NCBI GenBank assembly: GCA_032718475.1
Contig: JAUCBJ010007463.1
Coordinates: 61,025 to 125,024, forward strand
From: Nemertoderma westbladi
Lineage: Eukaryota > Animalia > Xenacoelomorpha
Reading direction: 5' to 3'
DNA length: 64,000 bases
Positions within the stretch are counted from its first letter, which is position 1, and every line of letters begins with the position of its first letter. Positions 1 through 13,072 of this stretch are shown in pieces. Made by a program: the position numbers and the translations under genes. The notes beneath the pieces are model-generated. The model made no database searches, was not told the DNA's origin, and saw nothing but the letters and a program-made list of their open reading frames with translations.

Positions 1-453
1 TGATTGCTGCAATAATTTCATCAGGAATCCCATATAATGAAAGTATGCTGAACATACGTGAGCGAGAGACTGAATCAAAGGCCTTGAAGAAGTCAACAAA
101 GATAACAGCCAGATGCCTGTCTTTCTTTTTTGATAACTCTTCAATTATCCTTCTAAGTGCCAAAATGGGCTCCATGGTCCCACGACCTTTACGGAACCCA
201 TTCTGATTTCCACGTAGCAGTCTCTCAATGGGATCCCTGATGCGATTTAATAGAATTCTATTGTATAGTTTTGCAGCAATCGAGATCAATGAGATTCCCC
301 GAAAAGAACCATAGAGTGTTAGGTTGCCCTTCTTGGGGACTGGCACCAACTTATTTGTTTTCATTTCTTGTGGGACTCTTGTTGTACGGTACATGTCTAC
401 TATGATGGGATAGATGAGCTTTAAACACTCAGGTATTTTAAAGACCTCAGGGG
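1..453 (-). mobile_element. Non-LTR retrotransposon (RTE-like LINE) reverse transcriptase fragment, running off the window start
   Basis: Minus-strand translation reads PEVFKIPECLK...LVPVPKKGNLTLYGSFRGISLISIAAKLYNRILLNRIR...NQNGFRKGRGT...VIFVDFFKAFDSVSR, which are the N-terminal motifs of a LINE RT. It is cut abruptly by the 53-bp satellite at ~452. Confidence 0.9.
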
Positions 454-2738
454 TTGCCAATGAACCCGGGGCCCATGGACAACATGTTGTCAAGATGCCA
501 GTAAGGTTGCCAATGGACCCGGGGCCCATGGACAACATGTTGTCAAGATGCCGGTATGGTTGCCAATGGACCCGGGGCCCATGGACAACATGTTGTCAAG
601 ATGCCAGTAAGGTTGCCAATGGACCCGGGGCCCATGGACAACATGTTGTCAAGATGCCAGTATGGTTTCCAATGGACCCGGGGCCCATGGACAACATGTT
701 GTCAAGATGCCAGTAAGGTTGCCAATGGACCCGGGGCCCATGGACAACATGTTGTCAAGATGCCAGTAAGGTTGCCAATGGACCCGGGGCCCATGGACAA
801 CATGTTGTCAAGATGCCAGTAAGGTTGCCAATGGATCCGTGGCCCATGGACAACATGTTGTCAAGATGCCAGTATGGTTGCCAATGGACCCGGGGCCCAT
901 GGACAACATGTTGTCAAGATGCCAGGAAGTTTGCCAATGGACCCGGGGCCCATGGACAACATGTTGTCAAGATGCCAGTATGGTTGCCAATGGACCCGGG
1001 GCCCATGGACAACATGTTGTCAAGATGCCAGTATTGTTGCCAATGGACCCGGGGCCCATGGACAACATGTTGTCAAGATGCCAGTAAGGTTGCCAATGGA
1101 ACCGGGGCCCATGGACAACATGTTGTCAAGATGCCAGTATGGTTGCCAATGGACCCGTGGCCCATGGACAACATGTTGTCAAGATGCCAGTAAGGTTGCC
1201 AATGGACTCGGGGCCCATGGACAACATGTTGTCAAGATGCCAGTAAGGTTGCCAATGGAACCGGGGCCCATGGACAACATGTTGTCAAGATGCCAGTATG
1301 GTTGCCAATGGACCCGTGGCCCATGGACAACATGTTGTCAAGATGCCAGTAAGGTTGCCAATGGACCCGGGGCCCATGGACAACATGTTGTCAAGATGCC
1401 AGTAAGGTTGCCAATGGACCCGGGGCCCATGGATAACATGTTGTCAAGATTCCAGTAAAGTTGCCAATGGACCCGGGGCCCATGGACAACATGTTGTCAA
1501 GATGCCAGTAAGGTTGCCAATGGACCCGGGGCCCATGGACAACATGTTGTCAAGATGCCAGTATGGTTGCCAATGGACCCGGGGCCCATGGACAACATGT
1601 TGTCAAGATGCCAGTAAGGTTGCCAATGGACCCGGGGCCCATGGACAACATGTTGTCAAGATGCCAGTATGGTTGCCAATGGACCCGTGGCCCATGGACA
1701 ACATGTTGTCAAGATGCCAGTAAGGTTGCCAATGGAACCGGGGCCCATGGACAACATGTTGTCAAGATGCCAGTATGGTTGCCAATGGACCCGGGGCCCA
1801 TGGACAACATGTTGTCAAGATGCCAGTATGGTTGCCAATGGACCCGTGGCCCATGGACAACATGTTGTCAAGATGCCAGTAAGGTTGCCAATGGAACCGG
1901 GGCCCATGGAAAACATGTTCTCAAGATGCCAGTAAGGTTGCCAATGGAACCGGGGCCCATGGAAAACATGTTCTCAAGATGCCAGTAAAGTTGCCAATGG
2001 ACCAGGGGCCCATGGACAACATGTTGTCAAGATGCCAGTATTGTTGCCAATGGACCCGGGGCCCATGGACAACATGTTGTCAAGATGCCAGTAAGGTTGC
2101 CAATGGACCCGGGGCCCATGGATAACATGTTGTCAAGATGCCAGTAAGGTTGCCAATGGAACCGGGGCCCATGGACAACATGTTGTCAAGATGCCAGTAT
2201 GGTTGCCAATGGACCCGGGGCCCATGGACAACATGTTGTTAAGATTCCAGTAAAGTTGTCAATGGACCCGGGGCCCATGGACAACATGTTGTCAAGATGC
2301 CAGTATGGTTGCCAATGGACCCGGGGCCCATGGACAACATGTTGTCAAGATGCCAGTATGGTTGCCAATGGACCCGTTGCCCATGGACAACATGTTGTCA
2401 AGATGCCAGTAAGGTTGCCAATGGAACCGGGGCCCATGGACAACATGTTGTCAAGATGCCAGTATGGTTGCCAATGGACCCGGGGCCCATGGACAACATG
2501 TCAAGATTCCAGTAAAGTTGTCAATGGACCCGGGGCCCATGGACAACATGTTGTCAAGATGCCAGTATGGTTGCCAATGGACCCGGGGCCCATGGACAAC
2601 ATGTTGTCAAGATTCCAGTAAAGTTGCCAATGGACCCGGGCCCATGGACAACATGTTGTCAAGATGCCAGTAAGGTTGCCAATGGAACCGGGGCCCATGG
2701 ACAACATGTTGTCAAAATTCCAGTAAAGTTGCCAATGG
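452..2738. repeat. 53-bp tandem satellite, ~43 copies
   Basis: Unit GGTTGCCAATGGACCCGGGGCCCATGGACAACATGTTGTCAAGATGCCAGTA(A/T). It contains the 14-bp palindrome GACAACATGTTGTC, and gtaagg/gtatgg variants often alternate. Confidence 0.97.
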
Positions 2739-2984
2739 GCCACAGCCTATACAGGGGGGGTGGCAACCATGGCAACCATGGCAACACTTTTATCGTTTTA
2801 TCAATATATATTTATATATCTGATAGCGGTACACATTCACAATAGTGAGATGAGCAAGTGAAAATTGTGATCTTCACCGCAAATTACCGACCGTAACGAG
2901 ACTTCAAGTCTCGTAAATTGTTTTGGTTACAAAATACCGCCACTACAACCTGGTCCGTTCCCTTAATGTTTTAAATTAAATTGG

Positions 2985-3258
2985 CCCATGTGAAGAATAC
3001 CAGACTCTCTGCCGTTATATTTCACTTTGCAGTTACCCCCATGTGAAGAATAACAGGTTTTACCAAAAACAACAGGTTACAGAAGGGCTGAATCTAACCA
3101 AAACAATAAACGAATTAGTATATGTACAGGTTATAAGACAGAAATAAGCGCTATAAAACACTCAATAAAGTTAAATTAAAAAAAATAAAAATACTTCATA
3201 TATAAAATTCCAATAAAAAGTCGACCGAAAAGTGAAATCCTGGTATTCTTCACACGTG
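2985..3258. mobile_element. Small MITE-like element
   Basis: Inverted ends CCCATGTGAAGAATACCAG / CTGGTATTCTTCACACGTG. The internal segment (agaagggctgaatct...ctataaaacac) recurs at ~21928-22025. Confidence 0.5.
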
Positions 3259-4084
3259 CGATTAAATTAAATAATTTTAGAAATCCAATAAAAACACATT
3301 TGGCGTTTGCGGTCAATTTGCACAATTGACTCATATATTTATAGTGTAAAATAGCACTGAAAAGCATGCACTCACCTGTAGGCTGTAGATTTTACCCGTT
3401 ATTTTGTTAACAAACAGCAAAATATTTTAAAGTATTCATTAATACAACTTAACAAAAAAAATAGTTAAACAGCATACAATTTATCTTTTTGTGCCCTACT
3501 TTATAGAAACTCCAGCCAAGTAAGGAAGTATTGACAGCTAGTACCTTCATACTGAGAGACATTGCTAGCCGACCAATGATAGCTGGTAAGATGCATGCCA
3601 TGCAGTGTGGGGAGCCAATCAATCTCTGACTACGACGTTTACCTACGTACCTCTAACCCCTTATAACTTAGATGATTATCATCTGAAGGCAGCTCGAGGG
3701 CTATTATTACATGTATGTATATTATTACTATCGTTTTATTAACCGGTAACCAAACAATCAAATCACATTGGTTTAATACTAGAGACGGGCCTAGCGGCAG
3801 GCGGGATCCACAATAAGGGCGCATGGCGCCGCGCACCATCGATTTTTTGAGAAAGAAAATAAAAAGAGTAAAATTAAAAAAAAAATTATAAAAATACATT
3901 TTTTTTTAGAATTACTATTAGTTGATAGTTACGATAAAACATACTCGCTGTCATCACTCGCTTCGCTAAACCCAAGTGGAATCCACATTCACAACTTCTA
4001 TCTCTATACCATCATCCCCAATATAAAATTGCTGTAAACCTTCCCAAAGGCGCGGCGCTCCATGTAGGCGGGGGGGGTATCATC

Positions 4085-5053
4085 TTGGCGAAATACTGTA
4101 GATCAGCAGTATGGAGTTATGGGCTAGCTATACATTGTAGACAGTGGAAATTCCTACAGAAAATTTCTTCCAATCCGGAAAGTCACTCGCCTGTTATTTT
4201 CGCCTTGGGTCTTGTCCGACAAGCTGGTACCGCTATGGGAAGAGCCATGGATTCCATTCTGAATAACCCCGAATCCTGCAGTTTAAACTTCTATAATGAT
4301 AAACTAAGGAACGATGTTTAATTAGTACCTCAACCCGTCGAGTTATCTACACTCAAATGAACCCGGATTTCACTACTCTACCTTGTTATTTATCCAGAGA
4401 AGTTCTGGCCGAGCGCAAACGTGTAGCTCTAACTCGTTTTCGTTTGATGTCCACCCATTTAGCGGTTGAAACAGGGCGTTGGTCCAGAATTCCCCCCGAT
4501 AATAGACGCTGTAAATGCGGGAGTATACAAACAGAGATACACGTGATCCGAGACTGTCCGCTTTTGGATGAGCTTCGTTCGGCTCATCCGTCCCTTAATT
4601 TCAACTCTTTTACGACCTTTTTTGATTCCAACCGCTTGGAGGAGTGCGGCTCATTCTTAGTTAGATGCTTGAACACACTTGAAATAATTTAAAACATATC
4701 TCCGTGTAATTAACTTATTAAATTATTTATTTGTATATATATATATATTATATTAGGTAGTATTAATCATACTTAAATACGCGTTTGAGCCTTTGTTTAA
4801 ATATTTTTTTCTTGGACGATTGTTGCGACTCTTAGCCCACTGCCCAATTTCACACAAATTAATTAAAGCTTATATTTGTCCCGGTATTTTGCCTGTCGGT
4901 TAATGTACCGTCATTTTAATGTTATCCGTCCATTTGGCTATTGTTTCGTTTGTTTTTGTTACATTGTTTTCCGTTGTTACGTCTCTTCATGTCAGTTGCT
5001 TGTGGCTATTTACTGGTAATTTTTATCGTCAATAAACTTAATAATAAATAATA
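4085..5053 (+). mobile_element. 5'-truncated LINE 3' end (C-terminal zinc knuckle of ORF2, 3' UTR, AAT-rich tail)
   Basis: ORF 4357-4692 contains RFRLMSTHLAVETGRW...RRCKCGSIQTEIHVIRDCP, a typical non-LTR ORF2 C-terminal CCHC region. It ends in aataaacttaataataaataata at ~5031-5053. Confidence 0.75.
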
Positions 5054-5602
5054 GGAACAGTATACATGGCCTTGCTTTACCTCAACTGAAAGACCACTAA
5101 CAACCTATGTAATGTAAAGCATGGGGCTATTTGTAAAATATATTGCTGATATATTAGGTGTGTCGGGTGCGGGTCTATGCAAGCCAAACCAAATTATCTT
5201 TGTGAACTACTACCTACGTACTACTGGAAGGGAATTCTTTGAAGTTTACCGTTTCTTCAATTCCCAAACCTCAATAATACAGCCAGCCAGTAGCGAATGA
5301 GGCTACGGCTGCAAACCCTCCAGAGATTGGGTAAATGTCTGGTCATATATCTTATCCAAGGCGCTACATTGGTAGAAAGCACCTTGGCATTCATACACTT
5401 ATGTGTGGCAGCCAGCAAGCACAGAACCACATTAATTGAACACAAGAAAATACCTTTGTCTCCTAACCTAAACACAACACAATAGCTTCAAGATGATTGG
5501 ACAAGGGACTTTATACCAAAATGGTGGTGAAAATCAGTTATTTTATATATGGAAGCGTGCAGATACGATACTATATAAGTTTAACACACAGCTGCAGTTT
5601 AA

Positions 5603-7177
5603 CCCTATTAGTACCGACCGGGCTATAAAATGTTGTACAAATACCGGGGGGGGGTCATATTGACCCCCCCCCCTCCCCCCTCTAAAATCTACAAATATTT
5701 ACGAAAACGTCTGATTTTTTGTTTGTACGTAGGTATCACTTGTCTGGATCCGACCGAAAAAAAAAATTTCGAAAAAACGTACTGGGGTGGTTATATTGCA
5801 GCACCAAAATTACAAGTAGTGCACAATTTTCACAAAATTTGAAAGTTACATTTTCGGCTAATTATTTTCCAATACAGGTTTTCTGGGGTGCAAAATACAT
5901 TGGAAAATATTTAAAAATGATATGATTACTATAAATGGCTGTTTAGTCCTCTCTGGGTAGGAAAAAAATTAAAAAAACAAGTAACCAGCACTTTTCAGTT
6001 AGAACACAAAATTTTTAATTCACTTATACGATGCTATAAATTCACATTTATAGGTTTTCGAGGGCGCTGATTCTAATGGAACACATTTCTAATATGCCAG
6101 ATCATTGCTACTTGTATTTTTCGGCGTAATTTGGCAAATTTTGGTGCTTGCACCAAATTACGTACCCATCACCAAAAAGTACGAGTTTGCGATGTCCAGT
6201 GCTGTTTTTATTGATTGCATCGGATTCAGGACCCTCATAAACCCGTATAATGCAAGAAACAAGGTGATACTATCTACTGATCAATTTGCATATTTTCCAA
6301 AATTTGGTGCTGGCACAACAATTTTCGCCCACCGGCGAAAAATACAAGTTTGATAACTCTTATGAAATTTTTACTGATTCCATTGAATTCAGAACCATCA
6401 CAAACCCGTATAGCGCAAGAAACAAGGTGACACAATCAATTGATATATTTGATGGCTTTCAAAATTTGGTGCTAGCACCACATTTTGCACCCACATCCGA
6501 AAAATACAAGTTTGAGATGTCTAGTTCGATAATTATATATTCCATTGAATTCAGAACAGCCATAAACCTCTAAAAGGCAAGAAATAAATTGTCACAAGCA
6601 ATTTTATCTATTAAATAGATTTTCAAAATTTCGTGCTAGCACCAAAATTTGCACACAGTCTCCCCGAAAAATACAAGTTTGATACGCTTGGTGCAACTCG
6701 TATATATTTCATCGAATCCAGAACCCCAAAAAACCCCAATTGCGTAAAAAACAAGTTTCAAACAATCAATTTACAAAATTGACATATTTCAAAATTTGGT
6801 GCTGGCACCAAAATTTAGCACCCACCGAAAAAAACAAGTTTGAAATTTCTAAATCAATTTATATGAATTCCATCCAATTTCTAACACCAAAAAACCGGTG
6901 TAAATCAAAAATAGAGATGTTACAATTCATATTTAATGAAATGTAATTTTCAAAAAACGTTTCAAAAAAAGTGCCAAAAGTAGGGTTAAAAAATGGTGCT
7001 ATAGCTCGAAAAGTACCCAATATTTTTGAAAACGGTTTTCACTACTAGGAAGACAATAGATTTTTAGGAAAAGTCATAAAATTTCAGATTCCCAACTGCG
7101 TTTGTTTCAGAATTATTATAAAAAAAACCACGGGGGGGGGGTCATATTGACCCCCCCCCCCCCCGGGTTTAATAGGG
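5603..7177. mobile_element. Non-autonomous piggyBac-like TIR element with internal ~163-bp repeats
   Basis: TTAA|CCCTATTA...TAATAGGG|TTAA (TTAA at 5599-5602 and 7178-7181). Both ends carry the G-run-GTCATATTGAC-C-run palindrome. Five diverged units containing caaaatttggtgct(a/g)gcacc lie at ~6136, 6298, 6460, 6624 and 6790. Confidence 0.8.
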
Positions 7178-7181
7178 TTAA

Positions 7182-7745
7182 TTAAGTTTACGTTTGGAAT
7201 TAATGTATGTAAATATGTCACCGATATTACCAGAACTAAAAGAATACGGTTCTCCCTTATACATGCTGCACGAAAAGTAGCCTGAGCGGCTGCTTTGGCG
7301 CACTTTTTGTACTCAACATCACCATTTAATATGTGGCGGCGTCGTAAGATTAACTTTTTTCTTCTTTGCAAAATTCGCACGAATTCAGGGAAAACCTTTC
7401 TCTTGGACTCAAAACATATAAATGGAATAAAAAGTTCAATTCCAGAACGCAAAGTAGCACTAAAAATATCCCAAAAATCGTTTACAGATACGCAGTTCAT
7501 AAATAATGATGAACAGTCTTTATATCTTAGATAATTTGAAAATTCACCGTAATCAGCATGTTTAAAATCGTAAAAACCAATATTCTCGTCTGTTACTTTG
7601 CGATTGGCAGCTAAAATATTAAATATTACCAAAGAATTATCACTTGTAGAAAAATGTTCTATAACGTCAATATTAGAAATAAAAACGTCTTCACTACCGT
7701 AGCAAATATTAAATCCAATACATTATCATCTCTAGGTTAAGTAAA
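7182..7745 (-). mobile_element. CR1/L2-group LINE ORF2 fragment (end of AP endonuclease and linker)
   Basis: Minus strand reads RDDNVLDLIFA...IEHFSTSDNSLVIF...YDFKHADYGEFSNYL...VNDFWDIFSATLRSGIELFIP. It is degenerate and abuts the TTAA element. Confidence 0.7.
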
Positions 7746-8447
7746 GTGGATATTCATGTTCAATTTGGTTCGTATGAAGGACCCTCCCTATAAGAAAGAA
7801 ATATTGTTTGGCCAACAAAGTCAATATAGTGCATGCCGTGGCTGTCAACTGAATTGATTTCTTTATTAACATAGTCCGTTACGGCGTTCGTTGTTCGTAC
7901 CCATCGTATCATAAATAGTTACCCGAAGTCCCAAAGCCACACTAGTCGTCTATCTCATGACCCCACGACTGATTGTCTTTAAACTTTGTGGCAATCTCAA
8001 GTGGAAGTTCTGATAATTATAAATATTTAACAAAAGGAATAGAAACAGCTAGTCATCGGCATCCCAAATAAAAAAAAATAAATTCCTAGAGTTTGTCATT
8101 TGGAGTTCTTGTTTCGATTGTAAATTGAGCTGATCCGACCACCTATAAAATAATATCCAACCACGAAGAAATTACAACAACAAAGTCGGTTAAATGATAC
8201 CGTGGGAATGTTATTGAGGCGTCCAGGAAACATAGGGTGGGTTCCATGCCTGTTCTATTCCATTTATTACATACAGGTGGACTGCAACCCAACATCAACT
8301 GTATGTATGTATCCCTAGAAGGGAAGGGCCCGAACTAACAGGTGTACCGTGTACAGTCGTGGCCCTCCTTCACCATAGGAGGAAGCCATATCCCACTGAA
8401 TCCCAGGTTAATAAAAATATTTTGCCACCACCATGTAATCCACAATT

Positions 8448-8501
8448 GGCATGCCCCAATGCAGCGAGCATTAAGAAGGCTATGCCGGCTCATCAACAAA
8501 A
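8448..8501 (+). mobile_element. Diverged copy of the retroposon 3' tail also inserted at 61552-61644
   Basis: ggcatgccccaatgcagcgagcattaagaaggctatgccggctcatcaacaaaa aligns to ggcatgctgcattgcagctgcatttttaagaatgctgtgccggcttgtcaacaaaa. Confidence 0.55.
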
Positions 8502-8719
8502 TTGCACCATGGCTTTCGCGAGATTATTCAAGATGTATTCGAGATACATTATTCGAGATTATTCGCATCTTCAAAGCAAATGTCCTTTAAGAGGCGAAGA
8601 GAAAGTCATATTATATGTCCACCATGCTTATTTTCTCTATCAACTTCCACATGCTTATTTTCTCCAGTAACTTGAGGCCAAACTAAAGACTGCGAAGGTC
8701 CCCCAGAACCCAGAACCCC

Positions 8720-8762
<43 letters not shown>

Positions 8763-8822
8763 CCCCTCCCTCTGTGTTATTGACATCCTAGTTGCTGGAG
8801 CCGCCTGGCACTACTATAATAG

Positions 8823-9137
8823 TTATTATAGAAAGGGATCTAGGGGTCCTTAACCTCGAATGATAAGTTTATTTTACCGAAAATAACTTATCTTTTATTG
8901 GCGCAATTGTAGGACTAATCCCATCCCTGCGTACTTTTTAACCGGGTAGTGTACAAATTTAAGAATCGCGTATTTTTTCTTGAAATTAATATCTCATATA
9001 AATTTGTACACTACCCGGTTAAAAAGTACGCATGTGATGGGATTAGTCCTACAATTGCGCCAATAAATGATAAGTTATTTTCGGTAAAATAAACTTATCA
9101 TTCGAGGTTAAGACCCCTAGATCCCTTCCTATAATAA
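8823..9137. mobile_element. Foldback (palindromic) MITE
   Basis: ~138-bp near-perfect inverted arms (ttattatagaaagggatctagggg...gtgtacaaattta / taaatttgtacac...cccctagatcccttcctataataa) around a ~37-bp spacer. Confidence 0.85.
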
Positions 9138-9384
9138 ATGTATAATAACAAACACCTCAAAAAATACAGCTTGCCAACACATTGTTACTACTATAATAGT
9201 GGTACAGTAGTGTATTGGTATGGTTTATTGCGAGATTTCATGCAGCTGAAACGCCTTTAGAACCCAATTTTATATAGTTACGTTTCCGATTACACTATAT
9301 GTGTATTTTATTTTAAATTCATGTTGATGGGTTTTCATATTTTATATTTATACTGGTCTTTTATCACATTTACTCTACCCCATA

Positions 9385-11522
9385 GGCCCGGGTCACACAT
9401 GAGCTTTCAACTTTCAACATTCAACTATCAACTTTCAAATAACTAACTCCGGTACACACATAAACATTCAACTGTCAGCTCATAAAAATTATTGTATATA
9501 TTGCTTAGACCAGATATAAAGGGTTGAACAATATTCAGTTGGTAGTTATAAAAAATCTGTATTGTTTTCTAGATTATAAGAGTTTTTTTTATTTTCTCTA
9601 AAGTAATAATTTTTAATATGGATAATTAAATCGATGACGTAATATTTGCATAATTATGCATAAGCCTAGGCCAAGGCGGCCGTTATTGGTTACCAAGGTT
9701 ACCAAGGCGGCCGTTATTGGCTTCACCCGATCAATCAAAAAAGGTTGTTGTACGCGCTATCGGAAAACTTTATCAAGATTTGCGGGCAGATGTTATAAAA
9801 GAAATAAAGACAATTTTTTAATTTATTACTTATACGAGGATGTTAATTTCATCCTTTGATGAATTACTCTCATCTATTATAGAACCCCATATATAGAGAG
9901 AGATAGCTAGTGGAGGAAGTCTTTACCGGGCTATTCAAAACTACTTCTAACTTTAAAGGTAAAGTATATAACATAAATGTTATGTGCTTGTAGCTGCTAT
10001 AATTTATAAACATTACTTCTGATTGGTCGTCAATGCTGGAAATGCCAGCTTTCAACTTTCAAGTAAGATAGAACATAGGACTAGGGAATTTAGAACAGTT
10101 GAAAGTTGCATGTTGACTGTTTATGTGAGAACGTCCCCATAGGCTACAATATGTTCTATCTTTTAATTGAAAGTTGACTGTTTATGTGTGAACGTCCCCA
10201 TAGGCTACAATATGTTCTATCTTTTAATTGAAAGTTGACTGTTTATGTGTGAACGTCCCCATAGGCTACAATATGTTCTATCTTTTAATTGAAAGTTGAC
10301 TGTTTATGTGAGAACGTCCCCATAGGCTACAATATGTTCTATCTTTTAATTGAAAGTTGACTGTTTATGTGTGAACGTCCCCATAGGCTACAATATGTTC
10401 TATCTTTTAATTGAAAGTTGACTGTTTATGTGTGAACGTCCCCATAGGCTACAATATGTTCTATCTTTTAATTGAAAGTTGACTGTTTATGTGTGAACGT
10501 CCCCATAGGCTACAATATGTTCTATCTTTTAATTGAAAGTTGACTGTTTATGTGTGAACGTCCCCATAGGCTACAATATGTTCTATCTTTTAATTGAAAG
10601 TTGAACTGTTTATCGTGTGAACGTCCCCATAGGCTACAATATGTTCTATCTTTTAATTGAAAGTTGACTGTTTATGTGTGAACGTCCCCATAGGCTACAA
10701 TATGTTCTATCTTTTAATTGAAAGTTGACTGTTTATGTGTGAACGTCCCCATAGGCTACAATATGTTCTATCTTTTAATTGAAAGTTGACTGTTTATGTG
10801 TGAACGTCCCCATAGGCTACAATATGTTCTATCTTTTAATTGAAAGTTGACTGTTTATGTGTGAACGTCCCCATAGGCTACAATATGTTCTATCTTTTAA
10901 TTGAAAGTTGACTGTTTATGTGAGAACGTCCCCATAGGCTACAATATGTTCTATCTTTTAATTGAAAGTTGACTGTTTATGTGAGAACGTCCCCATAGGC
11001 TACAATATGTTCTATCTTTTAATTGAAAGTTGACTGTTTATGTGAGAACGTCCCCATAGGCTACAATATGTTCTATCTTTTAATTGAAAGTTGACTGTTT
11101 ATGTGTGAACGTCCCTATAGGCTACAATATGTTCTATCTTTTAATTGAAAGTTGACTGTTTATGTGTGAACGTCCCCATAGGCTACAATATGTTCTATCT
11201 TTTAATTGAAAGTTGACTGTTTATGTGTGAACGTCCCTATAGGATGCAATATGTTCTATCTTTTAATTGAAAGTTGACTGTTTATGTGTGAACGTCCCCA
11301 TAGGCTACAATATGTTCTATCTTTTAATTTAAAGTTGACTGTTTATGTGTGAACGTCCCCATAGGCTACAATATGTTCTATCTTTTAATTGAAAGTTGAC
11401 TGTTTATGTGAGAACGTCCCTATAGGCTACAATATGTTCTATCTTTTAATTGAAAGTTGACTGTTTATGTGATATGTTCTATCTTTTAATTGAAAGTTGA
11501 AAGCTTATGTGTGACCCGGGCC
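9385..11522. mobile_element. Non-autonomous TIR element (PIF/Harbinger-like ends) carrying a 61-bp tandem array
   Basis: ~33-bp TIRs GGCCCGGGTCACACATGAGCTTTCAACTTTCAA / TTGAAAGTTGAAAGCTTATGTGTGACCCGGGCC, flanked by ATA and TTA. Confidence 0.8.
10112..11470. repeat. 61-bp tandem repeat, ~22 copies
   Basis: Unit GTTGACTGTTTATGTGTGAACGTCCCCATAGGCTACAATATGTTCTATCTTTTAATTGAAA, highly homogeneous. Confidence 0.97.
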
Positions 11523-11855
11523 TTACTCAACCTTAATAAGCTGCTAATCTTTCTGTTACTGTATAGGGCCTATGATTTACTAAGAAATGCCTTTTTTAAT
11601 CAGCTCTTACCTGCATCGTAGATATTTTGATCGAACATTTCGACTTTCGTCTCTCAGAATCAATAAACAGTACCGGTACTATAATCGTTCTCGTACGGTT
11701 CTATACTATTACTGGGCAAGACTGGACTAACATATAATTATTAAACACTTAATCTTCTGATTGATGCTTCAGCTCCCTAAATTTTAATCTCCTGTTTCAC
11801 CAAATTAAAATTGAAAATTTTGAATATAAAAATTGGTAAAAGAAATACGAAACTA

Positions 11856-11915
11856 GGACAATTCCGATCCGGACAATTCCGACCCGGACAATTCCGACCC
11901 GGACAATTCCGACCC
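11856..11915. repeat. 15-bp tandem repeat x4, probably a MITE subterminal remnant
   Basis: (GGACAATTCCGACCC)4, with an inverted partial copy aattgtccgg at ~11949. Confidence 0.7.
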
Positions 11916-12167
11916 ATTCAAAGATCAAGTGAAATTTTGAAAGGGCGCAATTGTCCGGATCCAAATATATAAATATAATTAATAGAAATTATCGGTAATT
12001 AATAACAAAAATCTGTGTTCTGGAGCACTAATATTTTTCTTAATTCATAGCTAATACCGTTTTAGAACATTTTCAAAAAAAGTAGCAAAAACTAGCTAGT
12101 ATTAAAAATTTGATAGGGGGGAGTGCCCAAAACACTCTAGTACCGAATACACTCAATTCGAAAAGTT

Positions 12168-13072
12168 CTATACAACTATACAACTATACTATGCAACTAT
12201 ACAACTATACTATACAACTATACAACTATACTATACAACTATACAAATATACAACTATACAACTATACTATACAACTATACTATACAACTATACTATACA
12301 ACTATACAACTATACAACTATACTATACAACTATACTATACAATTATACAACTATACAACTATACTATACCACTATACAACTATACAACTATACTATACA
12401 ACTATACTATACAACTATACTATACAACTATACTATACAACTATACAACTATACTATACCACTATACAACTATACACTATACTATACACTATACTATACA
12501 CTATACTATACAACTATACAACTATACTATACAACTATACTATACAACTATACCTATACAACTATACTATACAACTATACAACTATACAACTATACTATA
12601 CAACTATACAACTATACTATACAACTATACTATACAACTATACAACTATACAACTATACACTATACTATACAACTATACAACTATACTATACAACTATAC
12701 TATACAACTATACAACTATACAATATACAACTATACCTATACAACTATATAACTATACTATACAACTATACCTATACAACTATACAACTATACTATACAA
12801 CTATACAACTATACAAACTATACAACTATACTATACAACTATACAACTATACAACTATACAACTATACAACTATACAACTATACAACTATACTATACAAC
12901 TATACAACTATACTATACAACTATACAACTATACAACTATACAACTATACAACTATACAACTATACAACTATACAACTATACAACTATACAACTATACAA
13001 ACTATACAACTATACAACTATACAACTATACAACTATACAACTATACTATACAACTATACAACTATACAACC
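12168..13072. repeat. Low-complexity microsatellite mosaic of TACAACTA/TATAC units
   Basis: ~900 bp of 8-bp and 5-bp units with no G on the + strand. Confidence 0.95.

Noticed and set aside
414-2845. Numerous ORFs (MPVRLPMDPGPMDNMLSRCQ...)
   Set aside because: These are translations of the 53-bp satellite. The period is not a multiple of 3 and all frames give the same peptides.
3778-3840. Possible Helitron 3' end (GC-rich stretch ending CTAGT on the minus strand)
   Set aside because: The hairpin stem is only ~4 bp and no matching 5' end was found.
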